Shown: positions 28,605 through 37,879 of the stretch, in pieces | Position numbering within the stretch: position 1 is the stretch's first letter | Layout: the number at the start of each line of letters is the position of its first letter | Assembly (NCBI GenBank): GCA_965219455.1 | Contig: OZ244744.1 | Span: forward strand, 64,001 to 128,000 | DNA: 64,000 nt | Direction of reading: 5' to 3' | DNA from: Candidatus Latescibacterota bacterium | GTDB lineage: Bacteria > Latescibacterota > UBA2968 > GCA-2709665 | Translations under genes and position numbers: made by a program | Notes under the pieces: model-generated | Told to the model about the DNA's origin: nothing | What the model saw: only the letters and a program-made list of their open reading frames with translations | Databases searched by the model: none

Positions 28605-28725
28605 CTGATGCGTCCCTTCGTGAAGAAAGCGGACTCCTTATGATAAGGATATTCCGGACCTCAACTCCCGTGGGCCGCCCAACGGGCCAACGGGCCTGAT
28701 TCGCTGCCCGGAGAACCGGACGCAC

Positions 28726-29325
28726 TCAGCTCTCCTCCCCGAGAACAAACCGCACAAACCGTCTGATGGTTACATTTTCGCCGCACTGGGCGATCAGTTC
28801 CATTAGCATGTCCCTGACTGTCTTGTCCGGATCTTTCACAAAGGGCTGTTCCATGAGGCAAACCTCCTGGAAATACTTCTCCACTCGCCCGTCTACAATC
28901 CGGTCGAGAACCCGCTCGGGTTTGCCCTCATCCAGCGCCTGTTGCCTGAAGATCCGGCGTTCACGCTCGATGCTTGACTCATCCAGCTCGTCCCGGCTCA
29001 CGGCCACGGGCGCGCTGGCGGCGATGTGCATAGCAAGATCCCGGGCAAAAGTCTGGAACTGATCCGTCCGGGCAACAAAATCGGTCTCGCTGTTGACCTC
29101 CAGCATCACGCCAAGCTTGCTACCCGTGTGGATGTACGACGTGATCAGCCCTTCTTTCGCCGCGCGGTGCGCGCGGTCTTCCGCCTTGGCAATACCGCGG
29201 GTCCGGAGAAGCTCGATGGCTTTTTCCATATCCCCGTCACTCTCGACGAGAGCCCGTTTGCAGTCCATCATCCCCACATTGGTCTTGGCCCGTAGTTCCT
29301 GAACCATCTTCGCAGAAATAGCCAT
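28726..29325 (-). CDS. tsf: Elongation factor Ts (short form)
   Basis: ELR.KT..GMMDCKRAL, EVNSETDFVAR, MHIAA..P, EQPFVKDP, IRRFVRF.LGE. Confidence 0.98.
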   Translation of the reverse strand: MAISAKMVQELRAKTNVGMMDCKRALVESDGDMEKAIELLRTRGIAKAEDRAHRAAKEGLITSYIHTGSKLGVMLEVNSETDFVARTDQFQTFARDLAMHIAASAPVAVSRDELDESSIERERRIFRQQALDEGKPERVLDRIVDGRVEKYFQEVCLMEQPFVKDPDKTVRDMLMELIAQCGENVTIRRFVRFVLGEES

Positions 29326-29375
29326 TTGTTCCCCGCAGGCGTTACGCCTCTCCGTTCTTTCCTGGCTGTTATTCG

Positions 29376-30134
29376 TTAGACTTCGGTAATTTCGGTAATT
29401 TCCGGGCCAAGCAACTGGGGTTCGTCATCCGCCCGGTCGGGACCCTCTCGTCGTATCTTCTCACCCTCCAGTACCGCATCGGAAACCAGGCGGGTAATAA
29501 GTCCGATGGACCGGATGGCGTCGTCGTTGCCGGGAATCGGATAGTCGACGTCGTCCGGATTGCAGTTGGTGTCGACGATGGCCACAACCGGTATGTTGAG
29601 ACGCCTCGCTTCGTGGACGGCGATCTTTTCCTTTTTTATATCAACCACGAAAACCAACCCCGGCAAGCGGCCCATATCCCGGATACCGCTCAAGGATCTT
29701 TCCAGTTTCTCTCGCTCACGCTCCAGCCGCAACACCTCTTTTTTGGTCAACTTCTCGTGGGTCCCGTCCGCTCCCATCTTATCGAGCGTTTCAAGGCGCC
29801 GAATGCTCTGGCGAATAGTCTGGTAATTCGTCAACATCCCGCCAAGCCAACGTTCGGTTACGTGAAACATCTCACAGCGCTTCGCTTCCTCTAAAATTAC
29901 GTCTTTTGCCTGTTTCTTCGTTCCCACGAAGAGCACCGAATCGCCTCGTTGGACGGCCTGGCTGATAACCTGATAGGCTTCTTCGATCTGCTTCAGTGTT
30001 TTTTGCAGATCAATAATGTATATACCGTTGCGTTCGATAAAGATGAACTTCCTCATCTTGGGATTCCAACGGCGGGTCTGATGCCCGAAGTGGACCCCGG
30101 CCTCCAGCAACGCTTTCATTTCAACGACAGCCAT
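29376..30134 (-). CDS. rpsB: 30S ribosomal protein S2
   Basis: [48 protein letters not shown]. Confidence 0.99.
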   Translation of the reverse strand: MAVVEMKALLEAGVHFGHQTRRWNPKMRKFIFIERNGIYIIDLQKTLKQIEEAYQVISQAVQRGDSVLFVGTKKQAKDVILEEAKRCEMFHVTERWLGGMLTNYQTIRQSIRRLETLDKMGADGTHEKLTKKEVLRLEREREKLERSLSGIRDMGRLPGLVFVVDIKKEKIAVHEARRLNIPVVAIVDTNCNPDDVDYPIPGNDDAIRSIGLITRLVSDAVLEGEKIRREGPDRADDEPQLLGPEITEITEV

Positions 30135-30153
30135 ACAATCCTCCTGAAACTCC

Positions 30154-30230
30154 GGGTTGATCCTCTGTGACCGTCAACCCGCAAACCAGTCGGAAACCGA
30201 CACCCGGCCTGCGGTCGGGACACATGTGAA
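30154..30230 (-). ncRNA. t44 / S2 autoregulatory leader RNA
   Basis: Minus strand UUCACAUGUGUCCCGACCGCAGGCCGGGUGUCGGUUUCCGACUGGUUUGCGGGUUGACGGUCACAGAGGAUCAACCC shows the CACA, GGGUG, GAGG and AACCC hallmarks immediately 5' of rpsB. Confidence 0.8.
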
Positions 30231-30279
30231 ATAGGCGCGTCGCCAGGTGCGCAACACGCCGATAGGAAAAGACAACCGA

Positions 30280-30672
30280 CTAACGTTTCGAAAACTGGAA
30301 CCGCTTACGTGCCCCCGGGCGGCCCGGCTTTTTGCGCTCCACCTCTCGCGCGTCGCGGGTCAACAGCCCGGCCTCGCGCAGCGGCTTCTTGAGATCTTCG
30401 TTCAGGGCAAGCAGGCTGCGGGCGATACCCAGCCGTACCGCGCCGGCCTGGCCGCTCAGACCACCACCCTTGGCGCTGGCGACGATATTGTATTGCCCGA
30501 TCGTCTCCGTAACCGCCAACGGCTGTTCCACGATCATCACAAGCGTCTCACGCTTCAGATAATCCAGGATCGGCCTGTCATTGATTACAATCTCTCCGGA
30601 ACCCGGAAAGAGCTTCACGTTTGCCGTTGCCGACTTGCGCCGGCCTCTGGCAGAAGCAAGGATCTCTGCCAA
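30280..30672 (-). CDS. rpsI: 30S ribosomal protein S9
   Basis: GRRKSA.A, GGGLSGQAGAVRLGIAR, TRDAREVERKKPG, QFSKR; TTG start with GAGGAGG. Confidence 0.99.
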   Translation of the reverse strand: MAEILASARGRRKSATANVKLFPGSGEIVINDRPILDYLKRETLVMIVEQPLAVTETIGQYNIVASAKGGGLSGQAGAVRLGIARSLLALNEDLKKPLREAGLLTRDAREVERKKPGRPGARKRFQFSKR

Positions 30673-30848
30673 GATCCCACCTCCTCTCGGTCAACGATTC
30701 TCCAACGATGCCTGGTGTCCCGTCCCAGAAATATGTCACCGTTCATGCGCCGATTCATCCCGTCTCGCTACGTTCCCTTCACTCGCTGCGCCCGTTCTGG
30801 TCCCGTCTCTTCAGGGCGCTGACGTCAACTGATTGGGTTTTTGATTCA

Positions 30849-30876
30849 AGCTGACGGCTGAGAGCTGATAGCTGTT
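30849..30876. repeat. Degenerate tandem heptamer repeat (4 units)
   Basis: AGCTGAC GGCTGAG AGCTGAT AGCTGTT in the rplM-rpsI spacer. Confidence 0.6.
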
Positions 30877-30944
30877 TTTACTGCTTCTGGTCGGCCGAAT
30901 TTTGGCAATCTATTTCAGGGACAGAACACTGGATACGGCGGATT

Positions 30945-31379
30945 TCACATCAGTTCAATCGCTTCGGGGACCTGACTCTGATGGGGATGATCGGGACCCG
31001 CGTAGATCCGGACCTTTTTCATCATTCGGCGCCCCAGTTTCGTACGCGGCAACATCCCTCGAATGGCGTGCTCCAGCACAAACTCCGGTTGCGTTTCGAG
31101 CGCCCGCCTGAGGGTTTTGGTTTTCAGGCCGCCTGGATATCCGCTATAGCGCTTATAAACCTTCTGTTCGGGTTTATTGGCGCCCTTGACAACGAGCTTG
31201 TCGGTGTTTACCACAACGACGTGATCGCCGGTATCCAGGTGCGGCGTATAAATTGGTTTGTGTTTGCCCATGAGAATCCGGGCCACCTCGCTTGCAAAGC
31301 GACCCAGTACTTTACCCTCCGCATCAGCCAGAAGCCATCTGCGTTCAACGTCGCACGCTTTAGCGCTTGGCGTATTCAT
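30945..31379 (-). CDS. rplM: 50S ribosomal protein L13
   Basis: RW...[50 protein letters not shown]. Confidence 0.99.
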   Translation of the reverse strand: MNTPSAKACDVERRWLLADAEGKVLGRFASEVARILMGKHKPIYTPHLDTGDHVVVVNTDKLVVKGANKPEQKVYKRYSGYPGGLKTKTLRRALETQPEFVLEHAIRGMLPRTKLGRRMMKKVRIYAGPDHPHQSQVPEAIELM

Positions 31380-31460
31380 AAATCCACACGGCGTCCGCTT
31401 AGACGCCGCGTTCGAACTCACCTCCTCTCCAAGCCGGTTCCACGAAATGTTAAGCCTCAA

Positions 31461-31489
31461 AAGATATAGAGCGCGTGTGACTTTGTCAA
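31461..31489 (-). promoter_or_regulatory. Sigma70 promoter of the rplM operon
   Basis: TTGACA-17 bp-TATCTT on the minus strand. Confidence 0.75.
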
Positions 31490-31510
31490 GCACAAACCCT
31501 TATGGGACAG

Positions 31511-31565
31511 AAAAATGCGCCGCGATTCGGGAGCCGGTTGTCCGACCACATCCCATCACGGCGCA
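31511..31565 (-). terminator. Long hairpin plus U5 terminator
   Basis: UGCGCCGUGAU...AUCGCGGCGCA followed by UUUUU on the minus strand. Confidence 0.65.
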
Positions 31566-31709
31566 ATTCTCGAGACGGCCTCCATCTCACGGCGCCCCGA
31601 ACACATAGCCGGGGCCCGTCGGAAAGACGGATCGCCTGTCTTTCGATGGCTGTTTAGATTCGCCAGGCGCGTTACCAGACGAGATGTTCTCCCGCACCCG
31701 GCAGCGCAC

Positions 31710-31745
31710 CTAACTACAGCCACCTCCACTGGTCATTTCGCTCAT
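31710..31745 (-). CDS. Small ORF MSEMTSGGGCS
   Basis: Perfect SD AGAAAGGAGGTG, GGAGG 7 nt before ATG; own promoter upstream. Confidence 0.45.
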   Translation of the reverse strand: MSEMTSGGGCS

Positions 31746-31773
31746 TTGACCACCTCCTTTCTGTGTAAGCAAA

Positions 31774-31802
31774 AATATACGCCACCGGATCGCGGAAGTC
31801 AA
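31774..31802 (-). promoter_or_regulatory. Sigma70 promoter driving the sORF/sRNA unit
   Basis: TTGACT-17 bp-TATATT on the minus strand. Confidence 0.7.
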
Positions 31803-31820
31803 AGGCTTTCTCCAGCCGGG

Positions 31821-32687
31821 TCAGGTCCGTGGATCCAGCGCATCCCGCAGTCCATCTCCGAGCAGGTTAAACGCCATTACGGACGAAAATATCGCCAGGC
31901 CCGGAAAGGTTAATACCCACGGCGCCCGCAGTACCAGTTCCCGTCCACCGGTCAACATCGCACCCCACTCAGGCGTCGGCGGCTGCGCGCCCAATCCCAG
32001 GAAGCTCAGTCCCGCCGCATCGAGTATGGCGGTAGCCAGACCCAACGTGGACTGTACAATCAAAGGCGTGAGGCAGTTCGGGAGAACAGAAAAAAACAGG
32101 ATCTGAAAATCACGCGCACCAAGCGCTCGCACCGCCTGCACGTAATCCTGTCCGCGGACGGCCAGCGCTGAAGCCCGCACCAGACGGGCGTACTGGGGCA
32201 CCGCCACGATTCCGACCGCCAGCATCGCATTTTCCAACCCCGGTCCCAGGATGGCTACAATGGCTATGGCCAGAAGGATGCTGGGAAATGCGAGCATCAG
32301 ATCCATTGCCCGCATTAACGCCTGATCCAGCGCGCCGCCCCAGTACCCCGACACGAGCCCGATCGGTACGCCCACGATCAGCGCGATCAGTACTGCTGAA
32401 ACGCCCACCCGAAGCGAAATCCGCGCGCCGTGGATGACGCGGCTCAGAACATCCCTGCCAAAATCATCCGTACCGAACGGATAGGTCAGCGACGGTGGTT
32501 TGAGGCGTTCATACAAGTTCTGCGCAAACGGATCATGCGGCGCCGCCAGGGGCGCGGCGATGGCCAGCAACAGGAACCCCAACAGGAGGATACCGCCGGC
32601 GGCTGCCAGTCGGTTCTTCAGGAGGCGTTTCCAGAACAGCCCGCCCCAACCGGCAGCTTGCAGGACCTGTGAAGCCTCGGATTCCAC
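31821..32687 (-). CDS. dppC: Dipeptide/oligopeptide ABC transporter permease (DppC/OppC); start approximate
   Basis: FGTDDFGRDVLSRVIHGARISL, LAFPSILLA, LSFLGLGAQPPTPEWG, FNLLGDGLRDALDPR. Confidence 0.92.
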   Translation of the reverse strand: MESEASQVLQAAGWGGLFWKRLLKNRLAAAGGILLLGFLLLAIAAPLAAPHDPFAQNLYERLKPPSLTYPFGTDDFGRDVLSRVIHGARISLRVGVSAVLIALIVGVPIGLVSGYWGGALDQALMRAMDLMLAFPSILLAIAIVAILGPGLENAMLAVGIVAVPQYARLVRASALAVRGQDYVQAVRALGARDFQILFFSVLPNCLTPLIVQSTLGLATAILDAAGLSFLGLGAQPPTPEWGAMLTGGRELVLRAPWVLTFPGLAIFSSVMAFNLLGDGLRDALDPRT

Positions 32688-32719
32688 GGTTGATCCCGGA
32701 TGTGGATGAAATAGCGGGT

Positions 32720-33733
32720 TTACGTTTCGTTCTGGTGTCTGATTCGCGGGTCCAGCCACGCGTACATCACGTCGGCAACGAGATTGATAAGCGCAAACGT
32801 CAGCGCAACCAGCAGTACCCCTCCCTGAACGGCCCGGAAGTCCCTTGAATATACCGCTAGCAGAAGCCACCGCCCCACGCCCGGCCATGCGAATATCGTT
32901 TCCGTAATTACCGCTCCGCCGAGCAGGAATCCGAACTGCAGACTGATTACCGTCAGCACGGGAATAAACGCATTTTTCAAGGCGTGTCGGAAGATTACGA
33001 CCCACTCCGAAAGCCCCTTTGCCCAGGCCGTACGCACATAGTCCTCCTTGAGCACGTCCAGAAGGCTGGATCGCGTCATGCGCGCAATCACCGCCATCGG
33101 CACGGTGGCCAGGGTAAGACCGGGCAACACGAGATGCCAGGCGGCGTCGCCAAAGGCCGGCCAATCCCAGGCAAGCAGGCTGTCAATCAGATAGAGACCG
33201 GTCACTTCCGGAATAAACAGGTGGGTGCTGAGCCGTCCGGATACGGGAAATAACCCGAGAAACACCGACATCAGCAGAATAACCATTAAGCCCAGCCAGA
33301 AAATGGGCATCGAGAGCCCGGCAAGGGAAACCGTCATGCCGAGATAGTCCACCACGGAACCCTTGCGGGACGCCGAAACCACGCCGGCGAATATTCCGAC
33401 TCCGCAGGCAAGCAGCATGCTCATCAATGTGAGTTCAAGTGTCGCGGGGAACCTGGCCAGCAACTCGGAGGAAACTTTCGCGTGGGACTTGAAGGAACGC
33501 CCCAGGTCGCCCTGCAGCAAACCCCACAGGTACAGGCCGAGCTGTACATGCAGTTCCTGATCCAACCCCAGTTGCTTTCGCAGCTCCGCCACCTGTTCCG
33601 CGTTGGCGCGTTCACCAAGCATCACCTGCGCCGGATCGCCAGGAACGAAATGAACCATCAGAAACACCAGAACCACGATTCCCAGCAGCATGGGGACGAG
33701 TAGAAGCAAACGTTTCAGGATAAAGACGCCCAT
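32720..33733 (-). CDS. dppB: Dipeptide/oligopeptide ABC transporter permease (DppB/OppB)
   Basis: PGDPA, GDLGRS, RFPATLEL, SMPIFWLG, DYVRTAWAKGL, TETIFAWPG, LDPRI. Confidence 0.95.
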   Translation of the reverse strand: MGVFILKRLLLLVPMLLGIVVLVFLMVHFVPGDPAQVMLGERANAEQVAELRKQLGLDQELHVQLGLYLWGLLQGDLGRSFKSHAKVSSELLARFPATLELTLMSMLLACGVGIFAGVVSASRKGSVVDYLGMTVSLAGLSMPIFWLGLMVILLMSVFLGLFPVSGRLSTHLFIPEVTGLYLIDSLLAWDWPAFGDAAWHLVLPGLTLATVPMAVIARMTRSSLLDVLKEDYVRTAWAKGLSEWVVIFRHALKNAFIPVLTVISLQFGFLLGGAVITETIFAWPGVGRWLLLAVYSRDFRAVQGGVLLVALTFALINLVADVMYAWLDPRIRHQNET

Positions 33734-33794
33734 GATGGGTATCGCCTCGAAATTAACGGGAAGATGCCAATTCATCCAGGATCGAATGGCGCTT

Positions 33795-35357
33795 TCAATC
33801 CGTTTCCGCGATTCGCACGTTCTGGAACCACTTGCTACCGGTTGGATGCAGAGCAAAACCGCTTACCGTCTTCTTGAACGCAGCGGTCTGCGCCGCGTGC
33901 ACGAGGGGCACCCAGGGCGCATCGTGGAACACGATCTCCTGCGCCTTTCGGTAAAGCCCGGTCCTCACGGCGATGTCCACTTCCCTTTGCGCCTGCAACA
34001 GCACGTCGTGCAGTTCGTCGCTGCGGTAGAACGCGATATTGTTGGCGGGATGTCGAGTCGCGCTCTTATCCAGCAGGACGTACAGAAAATTATCCGGGTC
34101 GCCATTGTCTCCGGTCCAACCCAGTAGCGCCATATCGTGCTGACCCCTGGAAACCTTGTCCAGATAGGTTCCCCATTCGTAACTCACGATCTCGGCCTGG
34201 ATACCGACCGCCTGCAGATCGGCCTGGATGGCCTGGGCTATCTTCCTGGGCTGCGGCATGTACGGGCGCGGCACCGGCATAGCCCACAGCGTGGTCTTGA
34301 ATCCATCCGTATAACCGGCTTCGGCCAGAAGCTCGCGGGCCAGTTCGGGATCGTAGGCGTATCCTTCAATGCCTTCGTGATAGCTCCACATCGACGGTGG
34401 AATCGGATTGACCGCAGGCAACGCCAGACCTTGATACAGATTGTCCACCAGCGCCTGTTTGTGGATGGCATGGTTCACCGCCCGCCGCACCTTGATGAGG
34501 TGGAACGGCGCCCGATCCATGTTCATTGCCAGATACCCGACGTTCATTCCCGGCTGGGTCAGGAGCCGAAGGTTCGGATGCTCTTCAATATTCGGGATAA
34601 AATCGGGCACCAGATGATCCATTCCGTCGATCGAACCCTGGATGAGTGCAATCAGACGCACGGAATTCTCCGGAATGCTTCTGAAAATCAGCCGGTCGAT
34701 CTGCGGCGCATCGGCCCAGTAGTCGGGATTACGCTCCAGTACCACCCGGTCATCCCGTATCCATTGCACAAACCGAAACGGGCCTGTGCCCACGGGGTTC
34801 CGTGGAAAGTCCGCTCCGTGTTTCCGCACGGCCGAGGGACTCACGATCCCACAGAAATTCATCGCGAGATTCGACAGAAACGGTGCATTTGGACGCGTCA
34901 GCGCGATGGAAACCGTATGATCGTCCACTTTCGTCACATCCCCGACGATGTCGCTCATCGACATACTGTTCCAATACTGGTACGCGCCTTCCACACGATG
35001 AAACGGATGGTCGGGCTTAAACTGCCGGGCCAGCGAAAACACCACCGCTTCCGCGTTGAACGGTGTACCATCGTGGAACCGAACGTTTTTCCTGAGTTGA
35101 AACGTCCACGTTTTCAGATCATCCGACGTCGTCCACGCCTCTGCCAGACCCGGCGCCAACTCGGTATTTCCCTGGCGGAAGGTTACAAGCGTATCATAGA
35201 TGTTGTCACAGACCTTGAATGACTCGCCATCGGTCTCCAGTGCGGGATCCAGCCCCACGGTATCACCGCCCCTCCCGAACACCAGGGTTCGGGGGCGCTC
35301 AGCAACGCAGGCGGCGGCGGTCAGCAACACAAACAGAAGAAAAACACGCATCCGCAT
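33795..35357 (-). CDS. dppA: Peptide ABC transporter substrate-binding lipoprotein (DppA, SBP family 5)
   Basis: Lipobox AAAC; LAPGLAE.W, FHDGTPFNAEAV, PVGTGPF, VRRAVNHAI, MPVPRPYMP, GWTGDNGDPDNFL. Confidence 0.95.
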   Translation of the reverse strand: MRMRVFLLFVLLTAAACVAERPRTLVFGRGGDTVGLDPALETDGESFKVCDNIYDTLVTFRQGNTELAPGLAEAWTTSDDLKTWTFQLRKNVRFHDGTPFNAEAVVFSLARQFKPDHPFHRVEGAYQYWNSMSMSDIVGDVTKVDDHTVSIALTRPNAPFLSNLAMNFCGIVSPSAVRKHGADFPRNPVGTGPFRFVQWIRDDRVVLERNPDYWADAPQIDRLIFRSIPENSVRLIALIQGSIDGMDHLVPDFIPNIEEHPNLRLLTQPGMNVGYLAMNMDRAPFHLIKVRRAVNHAIHKQALVDNLYQGLALPAVNPIPPSMWSYHEGIEGYAYDPELARELLAEAGYTDGFKTTLWAMPVPRPYMPQPRKIAQAIQADLQAVGIQAEIVSYEWGTYLDKVSRGQHDMALLGWTGDNGDPDNFLYVLLDKSATRHPANNIAFYRSDELHDVLLQAQREVDIAVRTGLYRKAQEIVFHDAPWVPLVHAAQTAAFKKTVSGFALHPTGSKWFQNVRIAETD

Positions 35358-35373
35358 AGACGATCTCCCCAAG

Positions 35374-35394
35374 AAAAAGCGGCCGGAAGGCCGT
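35374..35394 (-). terminator. Short terminator between the isomerase gene and dppA
   Basis: ACGGCC-uucc-GGCCGC followed by UUUUU on the minus strand. Confidence 0.5.
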
Positions 35395-35435
35395 ATGACA
35401 CACCCTGCTGACCGCTGACGTCGGACATCCGTTTG

Positions 35436-36434
35436 CTACTCGGCGAACGCCGCGTCGAATGCCACAGCCGACGGCACGAAATCCACGCTGTTCACAAACG
35501 CACACGCCTCTGCCGCCCCGTGTTCCCGGTCCATTCCGGAATCCTCCCACTCCACGGACAGGGGGCCGCCATAACCAACGCCGTTCAACGCGCGAATGAT
35601 TTCTTCAAAGTCCACGCTGCCCCGGCCCAGGGACCGGAAATCCCAGGAACGATCCGTGTCGCCAAACTCGGTGTGCCCGCCAAAAATTCCAGCTCGCGTG
35701 GGCAGTGGCGAGAGATACGCGTCTTTCATGTGGACATGGTAGATGCGTTCCTTAAACTCACGTATAAACGCCACGTAATCCACATTCTGGTAAACCAGAT
35801 GGCTGGGATCGTAATTGAAACCGAACTCGCTTCTGCCCCCCAGCGCCGCGACCGCCCGTGCGGCGGAGGCGCTATCGAACGCGATTTCCGTTGGATGCAC
35901 TTCCAGGGCAAACCGAACGTCGCTCTTTCCGAACGTATCCAGAATGGGATTCCATCGATCCGCGAAATCCCTGAAACCGGCATCGATCGCAACCGGAGAC
36001 ACCGGCGGAAACGAATACAGCAGATGCCAGATGGACGACCCGGTAAAGCCGTTGACGACGCTTACGCCAAGCGCCCTGGCCGCCTCGGCCGATGTCATCA
36101 TATCCTCGGCCGCCCGGCGTTTCACCTCTTCCGGTTTCCCATTCCCCCACACGTGAGGGGGCAGAATCGCACGATGACGTTCGTCTATATTGTCGCAAAC
36201 CGCTTGTCCGACGAGATGATTGCTGATCGCCCAGAACTTCAGCCCGTGCTTTTCCAGAATCTCGTGCCGACTCCGGCAATAGCCATCGCTGGAGGCAGCC
36301 TCGCGGACGTCCAGATGGTCTCCCCAGCACGCCAGCTCCAACCCGTCGTACCCGAACTCCGCGGCTTTCTCTGCCATCACATCCAGGGTAAGATCCGCCC
36401 ATTGTCCGGTAAACAACGTACAGGGCCTCGCCAT
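35436..36434 (-). CDS. Sugar phosphate isomerase/epimerase (xylose isomerase-like TIM barrel)
   Basis: [59 protein letters not shown]. Confidence 0.93.
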   Translation of the reverse strand: MARPCTLFTGQWADLTLDVMAEKAAEFGYDGLELACWGDHLDVREAASSDGYCRSRHEILEKHGLKFWAISNHLVGQAVCDNIDERHRAILPPHVWGNGKPEEVKRRAAEDMMTSAEAARALGVSVVNGFTGSSIWHLLYSFPPVSPVAIDAGFRDFADRWNPILDTFGKSDVRFALEVHPTEIAFDSASAARAVAALGGRSEFGFNYDPSHLVYQNVDYVAFIREFKERIYHVHMKDAYLSPLPTRAGIFGGHTEFGDTDRSWDFRSLGRGSVDFEEIIRALNGVGYGGPLSVEWEDSGMDREHGAAEACAFVNSVDFVPSAVAFDAAFAE

Positions 36435-36503
36435 AACCTTTACTCCTTCCAAATGCCCACAGCTTCCGCCTGTCGCGCGAACCGCGCAGCCGGCTGCCGG
36501 GGA

Positions 36504-37673
36504 TTACACTTCCGGGACCTCCTGCCACCGGTCCGATCTCGCCGAATCGCTGGCCGCCTCGAGCACGGCCTGAACCCGTGCGCCTTCCTTGAAATTCGGT
36601 GACGCCTCCCGGTCGTTGGCGATCGCTTCGAAAAAATCCTTGATCTCATGCACAAATGAATGCTCCCACCCGACGATGTGGCCCGGCGGCCACCATGCCG
36701 ATATGTACGGATGTACGCCTTCGTTCACGATGATCTCACGGAATCCCTGTATGTGCCCCTCATCCTCGCGGGAATAGAATTGCAGTTCGTTCATCTTTTC
36801 CAGGTTGAACGCGAGACTGCCTTTGCTTCCGTTAATTTCAAACCGGTTGTGATTGCGCCTGCCCGCCGCAAACCGGGTGGCCTCGAACGATCCCAGGGCA
36901 CCGCTATTGAATCGTGCAAGGAACAGGGTTGCATCATCTACCGTGACCGATCCCATCTGTTTGGATTTTCCGCCCGTCGCGCCCAGCGACGAATCGATCG
37001 ATTCCGCCAACGGGCGTTCCTTGATGAACGTCGTGTCGGCGGCGACGACAGAACGAATATCTCCCACGAGATGCAGCGCCAGGTCGATTATGTGCGCATT
37101 CAGATCCCCGTGCGGCCCGGAGCCCGCCTTGTCCTTCTCGAAACGCCAAACCATCGGGAAATCAGGGTCGACAATCCAGTCCTGCAGATACACTGCGCGC
37201 CAGTGATAAATCTGACCGATTCGCCCCTCTTCAATCAACTGTTTGGCCAGGGCAACCGCAGGTACACGCCGGTAATTGTACGCGACCATTGTTTTCCCGT
37301 CGGACGCTTCGGATGCCCTCAACATCGTCTGCGCCTCCCGGAGATTATTCGCAAGCGGCTTTTCGCAGATAACATGCTTGCCGGCTTCCAGTGCGGCAAT
37401 CGCCATCGGCATATGCAGATTCCCCGGCGTGCAGATATCGATCACGTCAATATCATCCCGCGCAACCACGTCCTCCCAATTCGTATTCCACTCCTCCCAT
37501 CCGAACGTCCGTGCCGCCGCCGCCACGTTGTCTCTGTTCGAACCACAGATCACCTTCATAACCGGCTCGACGCCCGTATCCGGGAAAAACATCGATACCT
37601 TCCGGAACGCATTGCTGTGGGCCTTGCCCATAAACGAATAGCCCAACAGCCCGATATTCAATCGCGTGGCCAT
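36504..37673 (-). CDS. Gfo/Idh/MocA family oxidoreductase
   Basis: GYSFMGKAHSNA, GKHVICEKPLA, NYRRVPA, YLQDW, AGSG..GDLNAHIID, WWPPGH. Confidence 0.95.
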   Translation of the reverse strand: MATRLNIGLLGYSFMGKAHSNAFRKVSMFFPDTGVEPVMKVICGSNRDNVAAAARTFGWEEWNTNWEDVVARDDIDVIDICTPGNLHMPMAIAALEAGKHVICEKPLANNLREAQTMLRASEASDGKTMVAYNYRRVPAVALAKQLIEEGRIGQIYHWRAVYLQDWIVDPDFPMVWRFEKDKAGSGPHGDLNAHIIDLALHLVGDIRSVVAADTTFIKERPLAESIDSSLGATGGKSKQMGSVTVDDATLFLARFNSGALGSFEATRFAAGRRNHNRFEINGSKGSLAFNLEKMNELQFYSREDEGHIQGFREIIVNEGVHPYISAWWPPGHIVGWEHSFVHEIKDFFEAIANDREASPNFKEGARVQAVLEAASDSARSDRWQEVPEV

Positions 37674-37879
37674 AAAATCCCCCTTGTCCCATTCCGATGC
37701 CGAATCCGTATCAGAAGCGGATTCAATATATGATTCTACAACACCGTGTCAACGCCTATCCAACTTCGAAAATTTGGATTCACAGACGCTGAAAAGCGGA
37801 CTTCGGACGGCGTTCGACGGAAAATCCTCCGCCATATTCGTGTGAAATGTCGCCTGACGTTTTTCGAGTCAAGTCTTAC

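Noticed and set aside
29382-29402. 9-bp tandem duplication encoding EITEITE at the end of rpsB
   Set aside because: Low-complexity acidic S2 tails are common; only about two units
31587-31712. TAG read-through (pyrrolysine-like) extending the MSEMTSGGGCS ORF by 40 codons
   Set aside because: The extension has no protein-like features and coincides with RNA hairpins; no pyl genes seen
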